From: an uncultured Chloroflexia bacterium
GTDB lineage: Bacteria; Chloroflexota; Limnocylindria; Limnocylindrales; CSP1-4
Assembly: GCA_963746845.1 (NCBI GenBank)
Contig: CAVVCZ010000006.1
Coordinates: 32,001-96,000, forward strand
Direction of reading: 5' to 3'
DNA: 64,000 nucleotides
Under the pieces are notes generated by a model. It was not told the origin of the DNA, made no database searches, and saw only the letters and a program-made list of their open reading frames with translations. Each line of letters starts with the position of its first letter. Position 1 is the first letter of the stretch. Made by a program: the position numbers and the translations under genes. Positions 1 to 10,331 of this stretch are shown piece after piece.

Positions 1-191
1 TTGGTCCAGGTGATTTTCAAACCGTTGCGCTCGAAGATGCCGGCGTCGCGGGCCATGTACATCGGCAGTTTGCTGATGTTCCAGGGTGGGTAAAACAACA
101 CGCGGAGGGTGTCGGATTGGGCGGCGGCGTGGGAGCAGAATGAGAGTAGGTAGAGAATTGCAACTAGTCTGGCCAGCGTGCGCGTACCCAC
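1..191 (-). CDS. ABC transporter substrate-binding protein (SsuA/NMT1-like), 5' part; runs off the window edge
   Basis: Manual translation from GTG at 191: signal peptide (..SHAAAQ), then DTLRVLFYPPWNISKLPMYMARDAGIFERNGLKITW; GGGGAGGA upstream. Confidence 0.7.
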   Translation of the reverse strand, partial: MGTRTLARLVAILYLLSFCSHAAAQSDTLRVLFYPPWNISKLPMYMARDAGIFERNGLKITWT

Positions 192-250
192 CGCCGCCCT
201 TGTCCTCCCCCATCGGGAGCCTGTGTCACAGTTGGCAAAAGTCCTATTGC

Positions 251-332
251 TGTCATCCTGAGTAGCAGCGAAGGATCTCGTCTTCTCTGCCACTCACGAA
301 GACGAGATTCCTCGGCTTCGCCTCGAAATGAC
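251..332. repeat. REP-like imperfect palindromic element
   Basis: TGTCATCCTGAG..GAAGGATCTCGTCTTC / GAAGACGAGATTCC..CTCGAAATGACA; ATCTCGTCTTC/GAAGACGAGAT and TGTCAT/ATGACA are exact inverted pairs. Confidence 0.75.
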
Positions 333-422
333 AATTACGAAACAGCCTCTGACGGGGAAAGGACGAATTCGGGCCGGTGTCGAATTGCATATCCAAATTC
401 CGATTTGCCATTGTTGCGAGTC

Positions 423-2127
423 CTATTGTTTGAACGACACGATGAAATACGCCGTCGCGGAGCGCGACGCCGAGTCGCCTTGACCGACGACGATGACCGG
501 ATAGGTGCCGATGTCCTTGGTCATCTGTGCCGGCACGATGGCTTCGAGTTCGCTAGTGCCGATAAATCGGGTTTCCAGCTCCTTGCCGTTCAACATGACC
601 TTGTGGAATTTGTCGAAGCCGCGCCGGTGTGCTGATTTTCAAGGTTCCGGCTGTCCCCTGTGCCAGCGAGCGCGGCGCGATGTCAATCTCCTGCGGTGTC
701 GAGCGCCAGGCACGAATCGCTGGAATCGGATTTTTGTAATTGGCGTGGAAGTCGCGGTCGACGACTTTTCCACCCTGCACCACCAGCTTGACGTTTTGCA
801 CGGCCCAAATGTCTTGCAGCGGATCGCCGTCGATGACGACGATGTCGGCGACTTTGCCGGCCTCGACCGTGCCGTAGTCTTTGTCCTTGCGGAACGCTTT
901 GGCGACGTTGATCGTGCCGGCCTGGATCGCTTGCATCGGCGTAATGCCCGCTTCGACGAACATGACCAGTTCCTGGTGCAGACCGAGGCCTGGCAGGCCA
1001 TTGTTCGGGTCCGAGCCGGCGCGAAGCAGTCCGCCGGCTTTGACATAGCGGCGCATCAAGTCTTCGAGCTTCTTGTAACCTTCGCGGGCATTGTTGAGCC
1101 GCTCGGGGGCGAATTTCGCGTAGCGTTCGTACTGGCCGAGAGCCTGCTCGCGCAAGACGCGCGGCAGGTAGCCGGCATTTTTCTGATCGAGAATCGACAG
1201 CTCGCGCTCTTTGAATCTTGCCACGCTGGGCGATAGCGGCCGGTACCAGGTGGCGATGGTCGGGCTCCAGGTGATGTTTTTGTCCACCGCCGCTTTGACG
1301 ACCTTGTCGAAGTTCTCCGGTTCATAGAAATAGGCGAGGTCGGCGGTGTTGATCTTGCCGGTCATGCGCCGCTCGTGCACTTCCCAGCGTTTCTTCAAAT
1401 CGCCGATGGTGGTCATGCCCATGCCCCAATGGTGCTCGACGCCGGCAAAATTATTTTCCGCAGCGAGAAAGACATCGAGGCAGTGGCAAGTGATCGGCAG
1501 GCCGAGTTTGTTGGCTTCCTCGGCGCCGGCTTTGATCACTTCCGGCGCGACGTATTCGTTGAATTTAATAATTTCGATGCCGGCGGCTTTTTTCTTGCGC
1601 ACGGCTTCGCGCGCTTCTTCCGGAGTCTTGACCAAATAGCCGCGCTCGCCGCGCAGCGCCCAGGCGGGCGGCGCGCCGACCAACCGGCCGCCGGTGGACC
1701 AGATGCGCGGGCCGCGAATCTTGCCGAGGTTGGTGCCGTGCTTTTGCGCCAGGGTCCAGTCGTCGTCGTTCTGGGTGATGTCGGGGCAAGTGGTGATGCC
1801 GAGATGGAGATAAAGCTCGCCGACGAAGTCGAGCAGGTGGCAGTGGCCGTCGATGAAGCCGGGCAGAATGGTTTTGCCTTTGGCGTCGATGATGTGTGCG
1901 CCGCGCGGGATCGTCACTTCGCCGCGCTTGCCGACCGCTTTGATACGCTCGCCTTCGACGACAATGACCGCGTCTTCGACCGGCGGCCGTCCCGTCGCGT
2001 CGATCAGCGTGCCGCCTTGAATCACCAGCGGCGTGATCTTTTGCGCTGCGCTCGGCGCCGGTGGCAGCGCGAATGCGAATAGCAGCAGCGCGGCGGCGAG
2101 TATGCGGCGGCGTTCAAAAGTTTCCAT
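423..2127 (-). CDS. Secreted amidohydrolase-family protein with C-terminal Ig/TIG-like domain; frameshift near 630
   Basis: Signal peptide; motifs GKTILPGFIDGHCH, AGSD, GTVEAGKVADIVVIDGDP; an alternate frame continues RGFDKFHKVMLNGKELETRFIGTSELEA...YFIVSFKQ* to TAG at 423. Confidence 0.85.
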
Positions 2128-2154
2128 TATGCAGTCTCCTAAGTTGAAATTGTT

Positions 2155-2292
2155 TTGATCACTACGAAGGACAACGAAGGTTTCGGAAATACATTATTCG
2201 CGAGCTTCATGCGACTTGGATGTCCATTCGTGGTGAAAACTCTTTCCCATTTGGTTGCGGCTATGCCGCCCTCGGCTCTTCGTGGTGAAAGC
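2155..2292. repeat. Intergenic palindromic repeat (TCACTACGAAG...CTTCGTGGTGA type)
   Basis: TCACTACGAAG near 2159 is inverted relative to two TTCGTGGTGAAA copies; related CTTCGTGGTGA near 5598. Confidence 0.5.
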
Positions 2293-2323
2293 ATCGTCAC
2301 AGCAAACCTGAAATGCGCCGAGC

Positions 2324-3313
2324 TTATTTATTGAGCGAATCGAAAAAGCCGCTCTTTTCCAGTTGATCGACAATCGAAAAGTCGACGAACTGTTCGGGTT
2401 TTGGCAGCGGCTTTTTCCCGGCAAATTGGTTCTCAATCATAAACTGAACCGCTTTGAGCGACGGGCGCGGTGTTTTCTGCAACGTCGGCGCGTAGTCTTG
2501 CCAGGTGCCTTCCAAGATTTCCTCGTCATTGATCTTGCCGTACTTGGCCAAAACTTTTTTGCTGTATTCTTTATCCGTGCGATAGCGCTGCATGCCGCGC
2601 GTGAAGGCGCGCATGAAGCGCAGCGCCGTGTCGCGTTGCTGGGCGACGAAAGCGCGCGTCGTCATCACGGTGCCGTTGATGTCCTCGACACCGAGATCGG
2701 CGAAATTGACCAGCTCGCGCATGCCGCTTTTTATCGCCTTTGGATAGAGTGGATAGCTGAGCGCGGCGACCTGCACGATGCCGTTCATCAACGCAGCGAA
2801 CGCCTCCGGTTGCGCGCCGAAGGTGAGCAGCGCGACATCTTTGCTGGGGTCGAGATTGAACTGCTTGAACGCGATGCGCATGACTTGATCGGAAGTCGAG
2901 CCGAAAGTTGTGATGCCGGCTTTTTTGCCTTTCAAGTCGGACGGCTGCTTGATCTCCGGGCGCGCGATTAGACGGAAGGGCGAGACCGTACCCGTAGAAC
3001 CGATGATCACGACGTCGGCGCCGGCGACGTTGGCGGTGAGCGCCGCAATGGCGCCGGCCTGAATGATCGGCGCGCTGCCGCCAAGCATCGCCGCAACCAT
3101 TCGGCTGCTGCCGCCGACGCGGACGAGTTCGACGTCGAGCCCTTCGGCACTGAAGTATCCGGCTTCCTTGGCGATCCACGCCGTCGCCCAGCTGCCGGCG
3201 AAGCTCGGGTAGAGCAAGCGCATGGGTGTCAGAGTTGTCGCGCAGAATACCGGGTTCGTTAGGCCGCCGATACTTAGGAGCAGGGCAACCAGCGCAATTC
3301 TTGTAACGAACAT
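2324..3313 (-). CDS. ABC transporter substrate-binding protein (SsuA/NMT1/THI5-like)
   Basis: Signal peptide; WIAKEAGYFSAEGLDVELV, DLKGKKAGIT..GS; GGAGGAG RBS. Confidence 0.9.
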   Translation of the reverse strand: MFVTRIALVALLLSIGGLTNPVFCATTLTPMRLLYPSFAGSWATAWIAKEAGYFSAEGLDVELVRVGGSSRMVAAMLGGSAPIIQAGAIAALTANVAGADVVIIGSTGTVSPFRLIARPEIKQPSDLKGKKAGITTFGSTSDQVMRIAFKQFNLDPSKDVALLTFGAQPEAFAALMNGIVQVAALSYPLYPKAIKSGMRELVNFADLGVEDINGTVMTTRAFVAQQRDTALRFMRAFTRGMQRYRTDKEYSKKVLAKYGKINDEEILEGTWQDYAPTLQKTPRPSLKAVQFMIENQFAGKKPLPKPEQFVDFSIVDQLEKSGFFDSLNK

Positions 3314-3457
3314 GGCTCCTCCTGGATTTGTTTACTCTTGGCGTTGGCTTCTTTGGCCAACCCATTGTAGAGATTGTCTCGATTACGACGATGCAGCGCG
3401 ACGATACCTCAAAGACGATGTTGAATAAAAGCGCCAGCGGCGGAAATTGCCGCGCCG

Positions 3458-4648
3458 ATGGCCGCATCCGGCGCGTCATTTGGGCGACAGGTCGCGCCGG
3501 TATTTTTTCTCGCGGCGATCTTTTTACTCAACTTCATCGCGCGGGTGATTCTCTCGCCGCTGTTGCCGACGATTGAAAAGGAGCTGGCGATCGGCCACGG
3601 CCAGGCGGGCTTTTTTTTCTTCTTGATCTCCGCCGGTTATCTCTCGGGTTTGCTCGGTTCGGGATTTCTCTCGTCGCGCACCAGCCATCGGCAGACGATT
3701 CTCCTCTCCGGCACCGGTGTCGGACTGGCGCTGTTCCTGCTCTCCGGCTCGACCAGCCTGTGGGCGATGCGGCTCGGGTTATACGCCTTGGGATTGGCCG
3801 CCGGGCTTTACATGCCGTCGGCGATCGCGACGATCACCGCGCTGGTCGATCAACGCCATTGGGGCAAAGCGATCGCGATTCACGAGCTGGCGCCCAATCT
3901 GGCGTTTTTCACCGGTCCGTTCGTTGCTGAACTATTTCTCCGCCACTCGACTTGGCGCGCCGCGCTGGGGGTGTTGGGGTGCGCCTCGGTGCTGATCACC
4001 ATGAGCTACTATCGTTATGGGCAGGGCGGCCGATTCGCCGGCGAATCGCCGGCGTCGAACGCCTTCGGTGCGCTGGTGCGGACGTCGGCGTTTTGGATCA
4101 TGTTGATTCTCTTCGGCCTGGGCGTCAGTTCGACCGTCGGGATTTATGCCATGTTGCCGCTCTATCTGGTCAGCGATCGCCATGTCGAGGCGAGCTGGGC
4201 GAATACGGTGACGGCCTTGTCGCGTTCCTACGGGCCGGTGTTCGGCATGCTCGGCGGCTGGGCCTCGGACCGGCTCGGGCCGAAGCGGACCATGGTGGTG
4301 AGTTTGATCGTCACCGGCGCTTTGACTTTGCTTTTGGGTTTCGTCGCCGACAGTTGGATCAGTGCCGTGGTGATCATCCAACCGGCCCTCGCCGTGTGGT
4401 TTTTCCCGGCCGGCTTCGCGGCACTAGCAGTGATCGCGCCGCCACAAGCGCGCAATCTCGCGGTCGGCTTCACCATTCCGTTTGGCTATTTGATCGGCGG
4501 CGGGGCGATCCCGACGTTTATCGGCATGATGGGCGACGCCGGACTGTTTGCGCTGGGCTTCACAATCACCGGGCTCTTGATCACTGGCGCCGGCGTTCTC
4601 GCGATGTCGCTCAAGCTGCCGCGCACGATCCAAGGCGGAGCCCACTAG
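3458..4648 (+). CDS. MFS transporter
   Basis: About 12 hydrophobic segments; MFS motif GGWASDRLGPKR. Confidence 0.9.
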   Translation: MAASGASFGRQVAPVFFLAAIFLLNFIARVILSPLLPTIEKELAIGHGQAGFFFFLISAGYLSGLLGSGFLSSRTSHRQTILLSGTGVGLALFLLSGSTSLWAMRLGLYALGLAAGLYMPSAIATITALVDQRHWGKAIAIHELAPNLAFFTGPFVAELFLRHSTWRAALGVLGCASVLITMSYYRYGQGGRFAGESPASNAFGALVRTSAFWIMLILFGLGVSSTVGIYAMLPLYLVSDRHVEASWANTVTALSRSYGPVFGMLGGWASDRLGPKRTMVVSLIVTGALTLLLGFVADSWISAVVIIQPALAVWFFPAGFAALAVIAPPQARNLAVGFTIPFGYLIGGGAIPTFIGMMGDAGLFALGFTITGLLITGAGVLAMSLKLPRTIQGGAH

Positions 4649-4692
4649 TTTTCGGTTGTCAGCGGCGCACCGGCTGTTCTATAAACCGTCAT

Positions 4693-5444
4693 ATGAAGCT
4701 GGACGAGTTCGCTGCGAGGATTCGCGAGAGCGATGAGATCGTGGTTTTTACCGGGGCGGGGATCAGCACCGAGTCCGGCATCCCGGACTTTCGCAGCCCC
4801 GGCGGCATCTGGACGCGCTATCGGCCGGTGACGTTTCAAGAATACATGACCAGCGAGTCGGCGCGCATCGAAGCGTGGAAGCGCCGCCTCGACGGCTGGG
4901 AACAATATAAAAATGCCAAACCCAACGTCGGCCATCATTTTATCCAGGCGCTTAGCTTGAAAGAAAAATTGATCGGCCTGATCACCCAAAATGTCGATGG
5001 CCTGCACAGCATGGCCGGCCTCGCCGACGACAAGATCGTCGAGCTGCACGGCTCGAACCGCAAGATTCTTTGCATGAGCTGCGCCAAGGAATTCGCACCG
5101 GAACCGATCATCAACAGTTTAGTCGGCGATTTCGTCTCGCCCAAGTGCGACAGCTGCGGCGGCATCCTCAAGTCGGCAACGGTGTCCTTCGGCCAAGCGA
5201 TGCCCGAGCAGGCGATGCGTGTAGCACAGGAATGGACCGAGCAAGCGGAAGTTTTCATCGTCATGGGCTCATCATTACAAGTGCAGCCCGCGGCGTCGTT
5301 TCCCGTCATGGCGAAACGCAATGGCGCGCTGTTGGCGATTATCAACCGTGAAGCAGGGCCGCTCGATGACTGGCGGATTTCGTTCACAACGGCGCGATCG
5401 GCGAGTTCTGCGGCAAATTCGGCGAGATGATCGCCGATGGGTGA
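4693..5444 (+). CDS. cobB: NAD-dependent protein deacylase (sirtuin); 1-nt frameshift near 5370
   Basis: GAGISTESGIPDFR, ITQNVDGLH, ELHG, two CxxC pairs, GSSLQVQPA, IINRE; natural C-terminus ADFVHNGAIGEF...* lies in another frame. Confidence 0.9.
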
Positions 5445-5645
5445 CGCGGATTCGGAATGTTGGCCGCAAAGAACACAAAGGGCGCAAAAGTTCGGAACTG
5501 TACGAGTAAATTCACCTCCGAATTTGGCGCACGAAAATTTGCGCAAGCTCGGCAAATAGTAATGTATCCGAAATCCGATCGGAAGTATTTCAGAACCTTC
5601 GTGGTGATAACGACCGAGACTTCCTGGCGACGAAAGGGCAAATTT

Positions 5646-6650
5646 ATGGCTGACTGGAAAATGATCGATGCCGATGGGCATATTCGCGAGGTCGAGAGCG
5701 ATGTCTACGAGTATCTGCCGGATTACTACAAAGCGCGGCGCGAGGCGGTGATGTATTTCCCGTTGCTGCCGCATCATGGCTGGCACCGGCAGGCGGGCCG
5801 GGCGGGGATCGGCGCGTCATTCTTGATCCCCACGTTGCAGGATTGGCAGCAGGCGTTGGATCTCGGAGGGCTCGAAGCGGCGGTGGTTTATCCGACCCGC
5901 TTCATGCATATCGGCCAGGTCGGCATGGCCGACTTCGCGGTGGATTTGAGCAGGGCTTACAACGACTATCTGCACGATCGCTTCCTGCGCCACGAGCCGC
6001 GCTTGAAAGGCATCGCGATTTTGCCGATGCAAGATGTGCCAGCGGCCGTCGCCGAGCTGCGCCGGGTCGTCAAAGACTACGGCATGGTCGGTGCGGTGTT
6101 GCCGGCCGACGGCCTGCCGCGGCCATTGGGCCACCCGGAGTTTCATCCAGTCTACGAAGAGGCCAATCGCTTGGGCTGCATGCTCGCCGTGCATTCGCAG
6201 AATTCATTGCGCAACAATGATTTGTTCATGTGGCGCGGCGAGGCGGCGACGCTGGCCCATGTCTGGCCGCAGATGCGCCAGTTCACCAACTTCATGTTTT
6301 CCGGAATCCTCGGCCGGTTGCCGGATTTGAAAATTGCTTTCTTGGAAGCCGGCTGCGGCTGGGTGCCTTACTTGATGAGTAAAATGGGCAACCGCATGGG
6401 CGAGGCGCCGCCGCCGGCGAAGCTGATCGAGCGCGGGCAGATTTATTTTCAATGCGGCGAAGAGATGACGACCGGGCGGGATTTGGAATTGCTCGGCGAC
6501 GAGTGCTTGTTCTGGGCCTCGGACTTTCCTCATGAAGGTATCGTCAGCATGAAGAAAGCCGTCGACGAGTTTCTCGAGCGCGACGATATCCCGACGGCAG
6601 CGAAGCGCAAGATCAGTTACGACAATCCGAAAAGACTTTACGCGCTCTAA
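5646..6650 (+). CDS. Amidohydrolase_2 family protein
   Basis: IDADGH, AYNDYL, AFLEAGCGW, WASDFPH, NPKRLY. Confidence 0.9.
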   Translation: MADWKMIDADGHIREVESDVYEYLPDYYKARREAVMYFPLLPHHGWHRQAGRAGIGASFLIPTLQDWQQALDLGGLEAAVVYPTRFMHIGQVGMADFAVDLSRAYNDYLHDRFLRHEPRLKGIAILPMQDVPAAVAELRRVVKDYGMVGAVLPADGLPRPLGHPEFHPVYEEANRLGCMLAVHSQNSLRNNDLFMWRGEAATLAHVWPQMRQFTNFMFSGILGRLPDLKIAFLEAGCGWVPYLMSKMGNRMGEAPPPAKLIERGQIYFQCGEEMTTGRDLELLGDECLFWASDFPHEGIVSMKKAVDEFLERDDIPTAAKRKISYDNPKRLYAL

Positions 6651-6656
6651 CGAGCG

Positions 6657-6760
6657 CGTTCCAATCGTTCCAAAGGTTCCAGCAGTTCCAAGTCGTTTGG
6701 AGACTTCAGCAGTTTCCCGAACGATTGGAACCGCTTGGAACATTTGGAACTTTTGGAACG
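6657..6760. repeat. Inverted array of 9-nt units between convergent genes
   Basis: Four GTTCCA-containing units facing four TGGAAC-containing units. Confidence 0.8.
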
Positions 6761-7161
6761 AATCGCGGCCTAGGTGCTGTCACGAATTCTTGCTGGACTT
6801 TTTGCCGGACATCTTTGCGCGTGACGTAGTCGATGATCTGGATATTTTCCGACGGGCCGGAGCGGTTGCCCATCATGATCATCGGTTTGTCGCTGGCATT
6901 TTCCAACTGATAGAACGAGCCGCCGGTGATGGTGGCGGCCATGCCGGGAGTGAGCACGGCTGTGCCGCCGTCGGGGAAGCGCATGGTGCACTCGCCGTCG
7001 ATGACGTAGAAAGTCTGGTCGGCGTTGTGGCAGTGCATGTCGTCTTTGTGACCGGGTTTGTAATAGTGCATCCAGGCGTGGAAGCGCGGCGTGTTGAAAA
7101 TTTCTTTGCGCTTTTTTTCCTGATGGGCGAAATCGACCATGTCGATGACTTCGATGGGCAT
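6706..7161 (-). CDS. Cupin domain protein
   Basis: HCHNADQTFYVIDGE...LTPGMAATI cupin motifs. Confidence 0.8.
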   Translation of the reverse strand: MPIEVIDMVDFAHQEKKRKEIFNTPRFHAWMHYYKPGHKDDMHCHNADQTFYVIDGECTMRFPDGGTAVLTPGMAATITGGSFYQLENASDKPMIMMGNRSGPSENIQIIDYVTRKDVRQKVQQEFVTAPRPRFVPKVPNVPSGSNRSGNC

Positions 7162-7190
7162 TGGCGTGTCCTCCTGTTTTGGGTTTTGGA

Positions 7191-7571
7191 TTAGAGTACT
7201 GCGATCACTTCGATCTGAAACAAATTGTCGCCGCGCAGATCGATTTTGACGGCGTGGCGCGCCGGGCGGTCATGTTCATCGGGAAACATTTTGAGCCATG
7301 CTTTGTTGACCGAATCGCGCAGCTTTTCTTCTTTCAAATAGACCTTCATGTAGGCGATCTGGTCCGGCGTTCCTCCCGCGGTTTCCATAAACAGACGAAG
7401 GTTTCGGAACATCGCTTCGGCCTGCTCGTCGGCATCCGTCGACAGCACGCCGGTCTTGGCGTCCTTGCCGGACAGCGCCGAGGAGAAAACCATGTTGCCG
7501 ATCACCACGCCGTTGGGGATCGGCGCGCCATGTTCCATGCCGGGAATATGAATGCTTTTGCGTTTTGCCAT
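7191..7571 (-). CDS. RidA/YjgF family protein
   Basis: EQAEAMFRNL, RPARHAV, QIEVIA; AGGAGGTG RBS. Confidence 0.85.
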   Translation of the reverse strand: MAKRKSIHIPGMEHGAPIPNGVVIGNMVFSSALSGKDAKTGVLSTDADEQAEAMFRNLRLFMETAGGTPDQIAYMKVYLKEEKLRDSVNKAWLKMFPDEHDRPARHAVKIDLRGDNLFQIEVIAVL

Positions 7572-7716
7572 ACTTCACCTCCTTGTCCGACTCGTTGCCT
7601 TTCTCATAGCACGGCGCCGAATGTTGGTCTACCGCGCCAAGTGTTCACTGGCGCTGTGAAAAAATCGGTGCTATGGGAAAGACCAACCCTCTACACCCAA
7701 GCCGAAGGAGTCGCCC

Positions 7717-8403
7717 ATGGAAGCACTCGCGCAAATTGAAAATGGCCGGACGTTGACCGAACTCGAGGCCTACTTCAAAAAATACTCGGACATGCCGCGC
7801 GAGGTGGTGCTCAAGCATGACCTGTTGCGTGACGGCCATTGGTTCACCGATGCGGCGTTGGAGCTGGCGTCGGATGCGTTGGTCAAGTCCTACCGGCTGT
7901 TTTCCTACGATCTGATGCCGATGAAGGACATGAAGCGCAAGGAGCATCGCAAGATCACCGAGTGGTTCATGATGCGCGGCGGGCCCTATGGCTTGCGGCC
8001 GGTGACGGTGCAGACGACTTTGAATTCGGATTCGCCTTACCTGATCGATGCGGTCGATGGCAAGGCGAAGCTGTTTCTTCAAGGTAAGGAAATTTGCGAC
8101 GTGGCGTTTCCGCCGCCGTTGAAATATTACACGCGCAAGTTCGCCGACGGCACGGCCTATCACGAGATCATCGCCTACGGTTACTTCGTCACGGCGTTCC
8201 GCAATTGCCAATATTGGGGGCCGGATGAGGAGTGCCGCTTCTGCGATATCAATATCAATGCCCGGCAGATGAAAGATTCGCAAGACTTCACCTTCAATCC
8301 ACCGGTGAAGCCGCTGGACTACATGGTCGAAGTGGCGCGTTCCATCGAGCAGGACGCCACCGACGAGGTCGGCTACACGAGGAGCCTTGGACCGCCGTCT
8401 TGA
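7717..8403 (+). pseudogene. Radical SAM-like protein, truncated at about 8380
   Basis: C-x7-C-x2-C motif (NCQYWGPDEECRFC) lies only about 55 aa before the stop, so the barrel is missing. Confidence 0.65.
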
Positions 8404-8720
8404 GGCAAGCAATCTCCGATCTTACCGGCTTGAGGCTTCGCATGGAATCAGCGTACCGCCCCGGTCAGCGCGCGGGGAAGGCACACCAGGCGCGATATTT
8501 TGCCCGCCTATGGTTTTTATCCGACAATCACCAACCATGCTCTTTCAAGTGAGTCTGCGATCATCTCGAACGTGATGCGCCATCGTTCCGCCGCCGGCTC
8601 TTTGAGATCGTCGACGGATCTCCGGAAGTCGCGGATAGAATACCGATTCAGCTTGAAGCTTTTTTGGCTGAGGAAGAAGAGGATAAGGAAAACGGCGCCC
8701 AGCCTACTTTACGCAGCCTG
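8380..8720 (+). pseudogene. Fragment of a hypothetical protein with no start codon and an internal TGA
   Basis: One frame reads WTAVLRQAISDL..ARLWFLSDNHQPCSFK*VCDHLERD..FRRRL. Confidence 0.4.
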
Positions 8721-9233
8721 ATGAGTAATCGAGGGCGTGTCGTTCGGAAGGTCGTCGATAAAATTTTCCGCTTCACGGTAGAGGATAAACCGATTGAATT
8801 TGCCAGCAACCCACATCATGAGGGCGACAAAGCCCGCCACAATGACAAGTATGGGTGAGTTAGATGTCATGATCCACATCCCGTCGCCGGCTGTCTTGTG
8901 CATCATGCGAACCAGCTCGCGAGACGCTTCGCGTCGAAACCTGTCGGCATTATGCTCGTGACCGCAACTTTGGTTGCGAATCATGAACCAGACAAAAGAA
9001 AGTAGGCTGATGGAGGGGACCACAGCCACGGTTTTGCAAATAAAACCTTCGACTTCGCGGTAGGAATACGACTCGTAATCTTCTTTACGATCGATCGCCA
9101 ACCGGCGCAACTCATCTCTCCGGGCAAACAACCGAAAGCGGACGGAGGTGATGAGCACCGGATGTACGACGTGCCAATAGAACGAGCTGACAATGCAGCA
9201 CGCAAAAAACGTCACAATTAAATGAACTGCCAT
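8709..9233 (-). CDS. Hypothetical membrane protein
   Basis: 174 aa, about 3 hydrophobic segments, 2 bp downstream of the upstream gene. Confidence 0.65.
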   Translation of the reverse strand: MAVHLIVTFFACCIVSSFYWHVVHPVLITSVRFRLFARRDELRRLAIDRKEDYESYSYREVEGFICKTVAVVPSISLLSFVWFMIRNQSCGHEHNADRFRREASRELVRMMHKTAGDGMWIMTSNSPILVIVAGFVALMMWVAGKFNRFILYREAENFIDDLPNDTPSITHQAA

Positions 9234-9235
9234 CT

Positions 9236-9589
9236 TTATTCCCTCGGTCGCGTGAGCAACTGGATCTGTAGATTATCTCGTTCTTGGGCCACTCTCTTCA
9301 ACTCCTTTTCGTAAAACCGCATCAAAAGTTTAATCAACACAACTCCGGCAATCAGTTCTATGAGTGCCAATATCCAGCCCGTGATCGCCCAACTATTGGA
9401 TTCAACGAGAATCTTGACAATTTGAGGGACGTCTTTGGAGTCCGCTCTGATCATCGCTGTAATAAGAACCAGCCCGACTACGATGATCGAAAGATTTTTC
9501 GAGGTAAGAACCGGTTGTCCAGTGCGCTCGCTGGACTGCATAGGCCTAGCCGGCTGCGGTGTTTCCAAAGCCGTTGAGGCTATGCCCAT
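9236..9589 (-). CDS. Hypothetical two-TM protein with coiled-coil tail
   Basis: Two hydrophobic helices, then YEKELKRVAQERDNLQ. Confidence 0.65.
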   Translation of the reverse strand: MGIASTALETPQPARPMQSSERTGQPVLTSKNLSIIVVGLVLITAMIRADSKDVPQIVKILVESNSWAITGWILALIELIAGVVLIKLLMRFYEKELKRVAQERDNLQIQLLTRPRE

Positions 9590-9699
9590 AGTACAGGTCC
9601 AGTGCGTAAGTCAACAGATATAAATTCGATGGGGCAATGTCAATGCTCTGTCGCTGCGGGGGCAAGCGTCCGGTCTTGGCCCCGAGATTGAAGTCCCTC

Positions 9700-10242
9700 T
9701 CATGTGGCCGCACGGATGCCCGTCATGCGTTCGCAGAACTCATCTGGTACTTTCGGGGAGGTAGCGACCATAAGGGTCAACATCCCCACAGCAAATAGAT
9801 ATCTGATTCGTGAAGAACTTTCGACCGGCTCGCTCGCCGCCTCGTGGCCGACTCCAGCGTCGACTATCTGGATCGCCGTGCACCAGTCGCTTACCGGCGA
9901 AGAATCGAACGTTGCGTCCCAGATGTGATGTGCAAAGTGATTCCGTACCTTGCGAACCAGGTCCATATCTCGAGCCAGGGGCTCGGTTATAATTCCAAGT
10001 GCCGCCGCTAACGAGATCTTAGCACCGAAAGAGCTTAACGCGCCTTGTCCGACGAACATAGTTTCGAGTCGAGTGCTCGGAATAAGGCAGCTCCGAATCG
10101 CTGCCTCCACAACTGCGTCGAGAAAGCCACCCGCGAGTACCGCCGCGGCGCGATCAGTCTCCTTGTGGAAGCGGCCCACAAACTCATTATAGGAGGAGGC
10201 GTCCAGTGATCGAATATTCGTTGCCTTTGTCATGTCATTCAT
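9700..10242 (-). CDS. MtlR-family (HEPN-like) protein
   Basis: ETDRAAAVLAG..GALSSFGAKI..LVRKVRNHFAH with an intact RxxxxH motif. Confidence 0.75.
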   Translation of the reverse strand: MNDMTKATNIRSLDASSYNEFVGRFHKETDRAAAVLAGGFLDAVVEAAIRSCLIPSTRLETMFVGQGALSSFGAKISLAAALGIITEPLARDMDLVRKVRNHFAHHIWDATFDSSPVSDWCTAIQIVDAGVGHEAASEPVESSSRIRYLFAVGMLTLMVATSPKVPDEFCERMTGIRAAT

Positions 10243-10331
10243 CCGCCCGGCTAATCAACGAACCAGCTCAAGCCATCGGCGCCGGCGTAGTAGGCACAGT
10301 CCCGAATCTTTTGCCCGTGGATCGCAAATTC

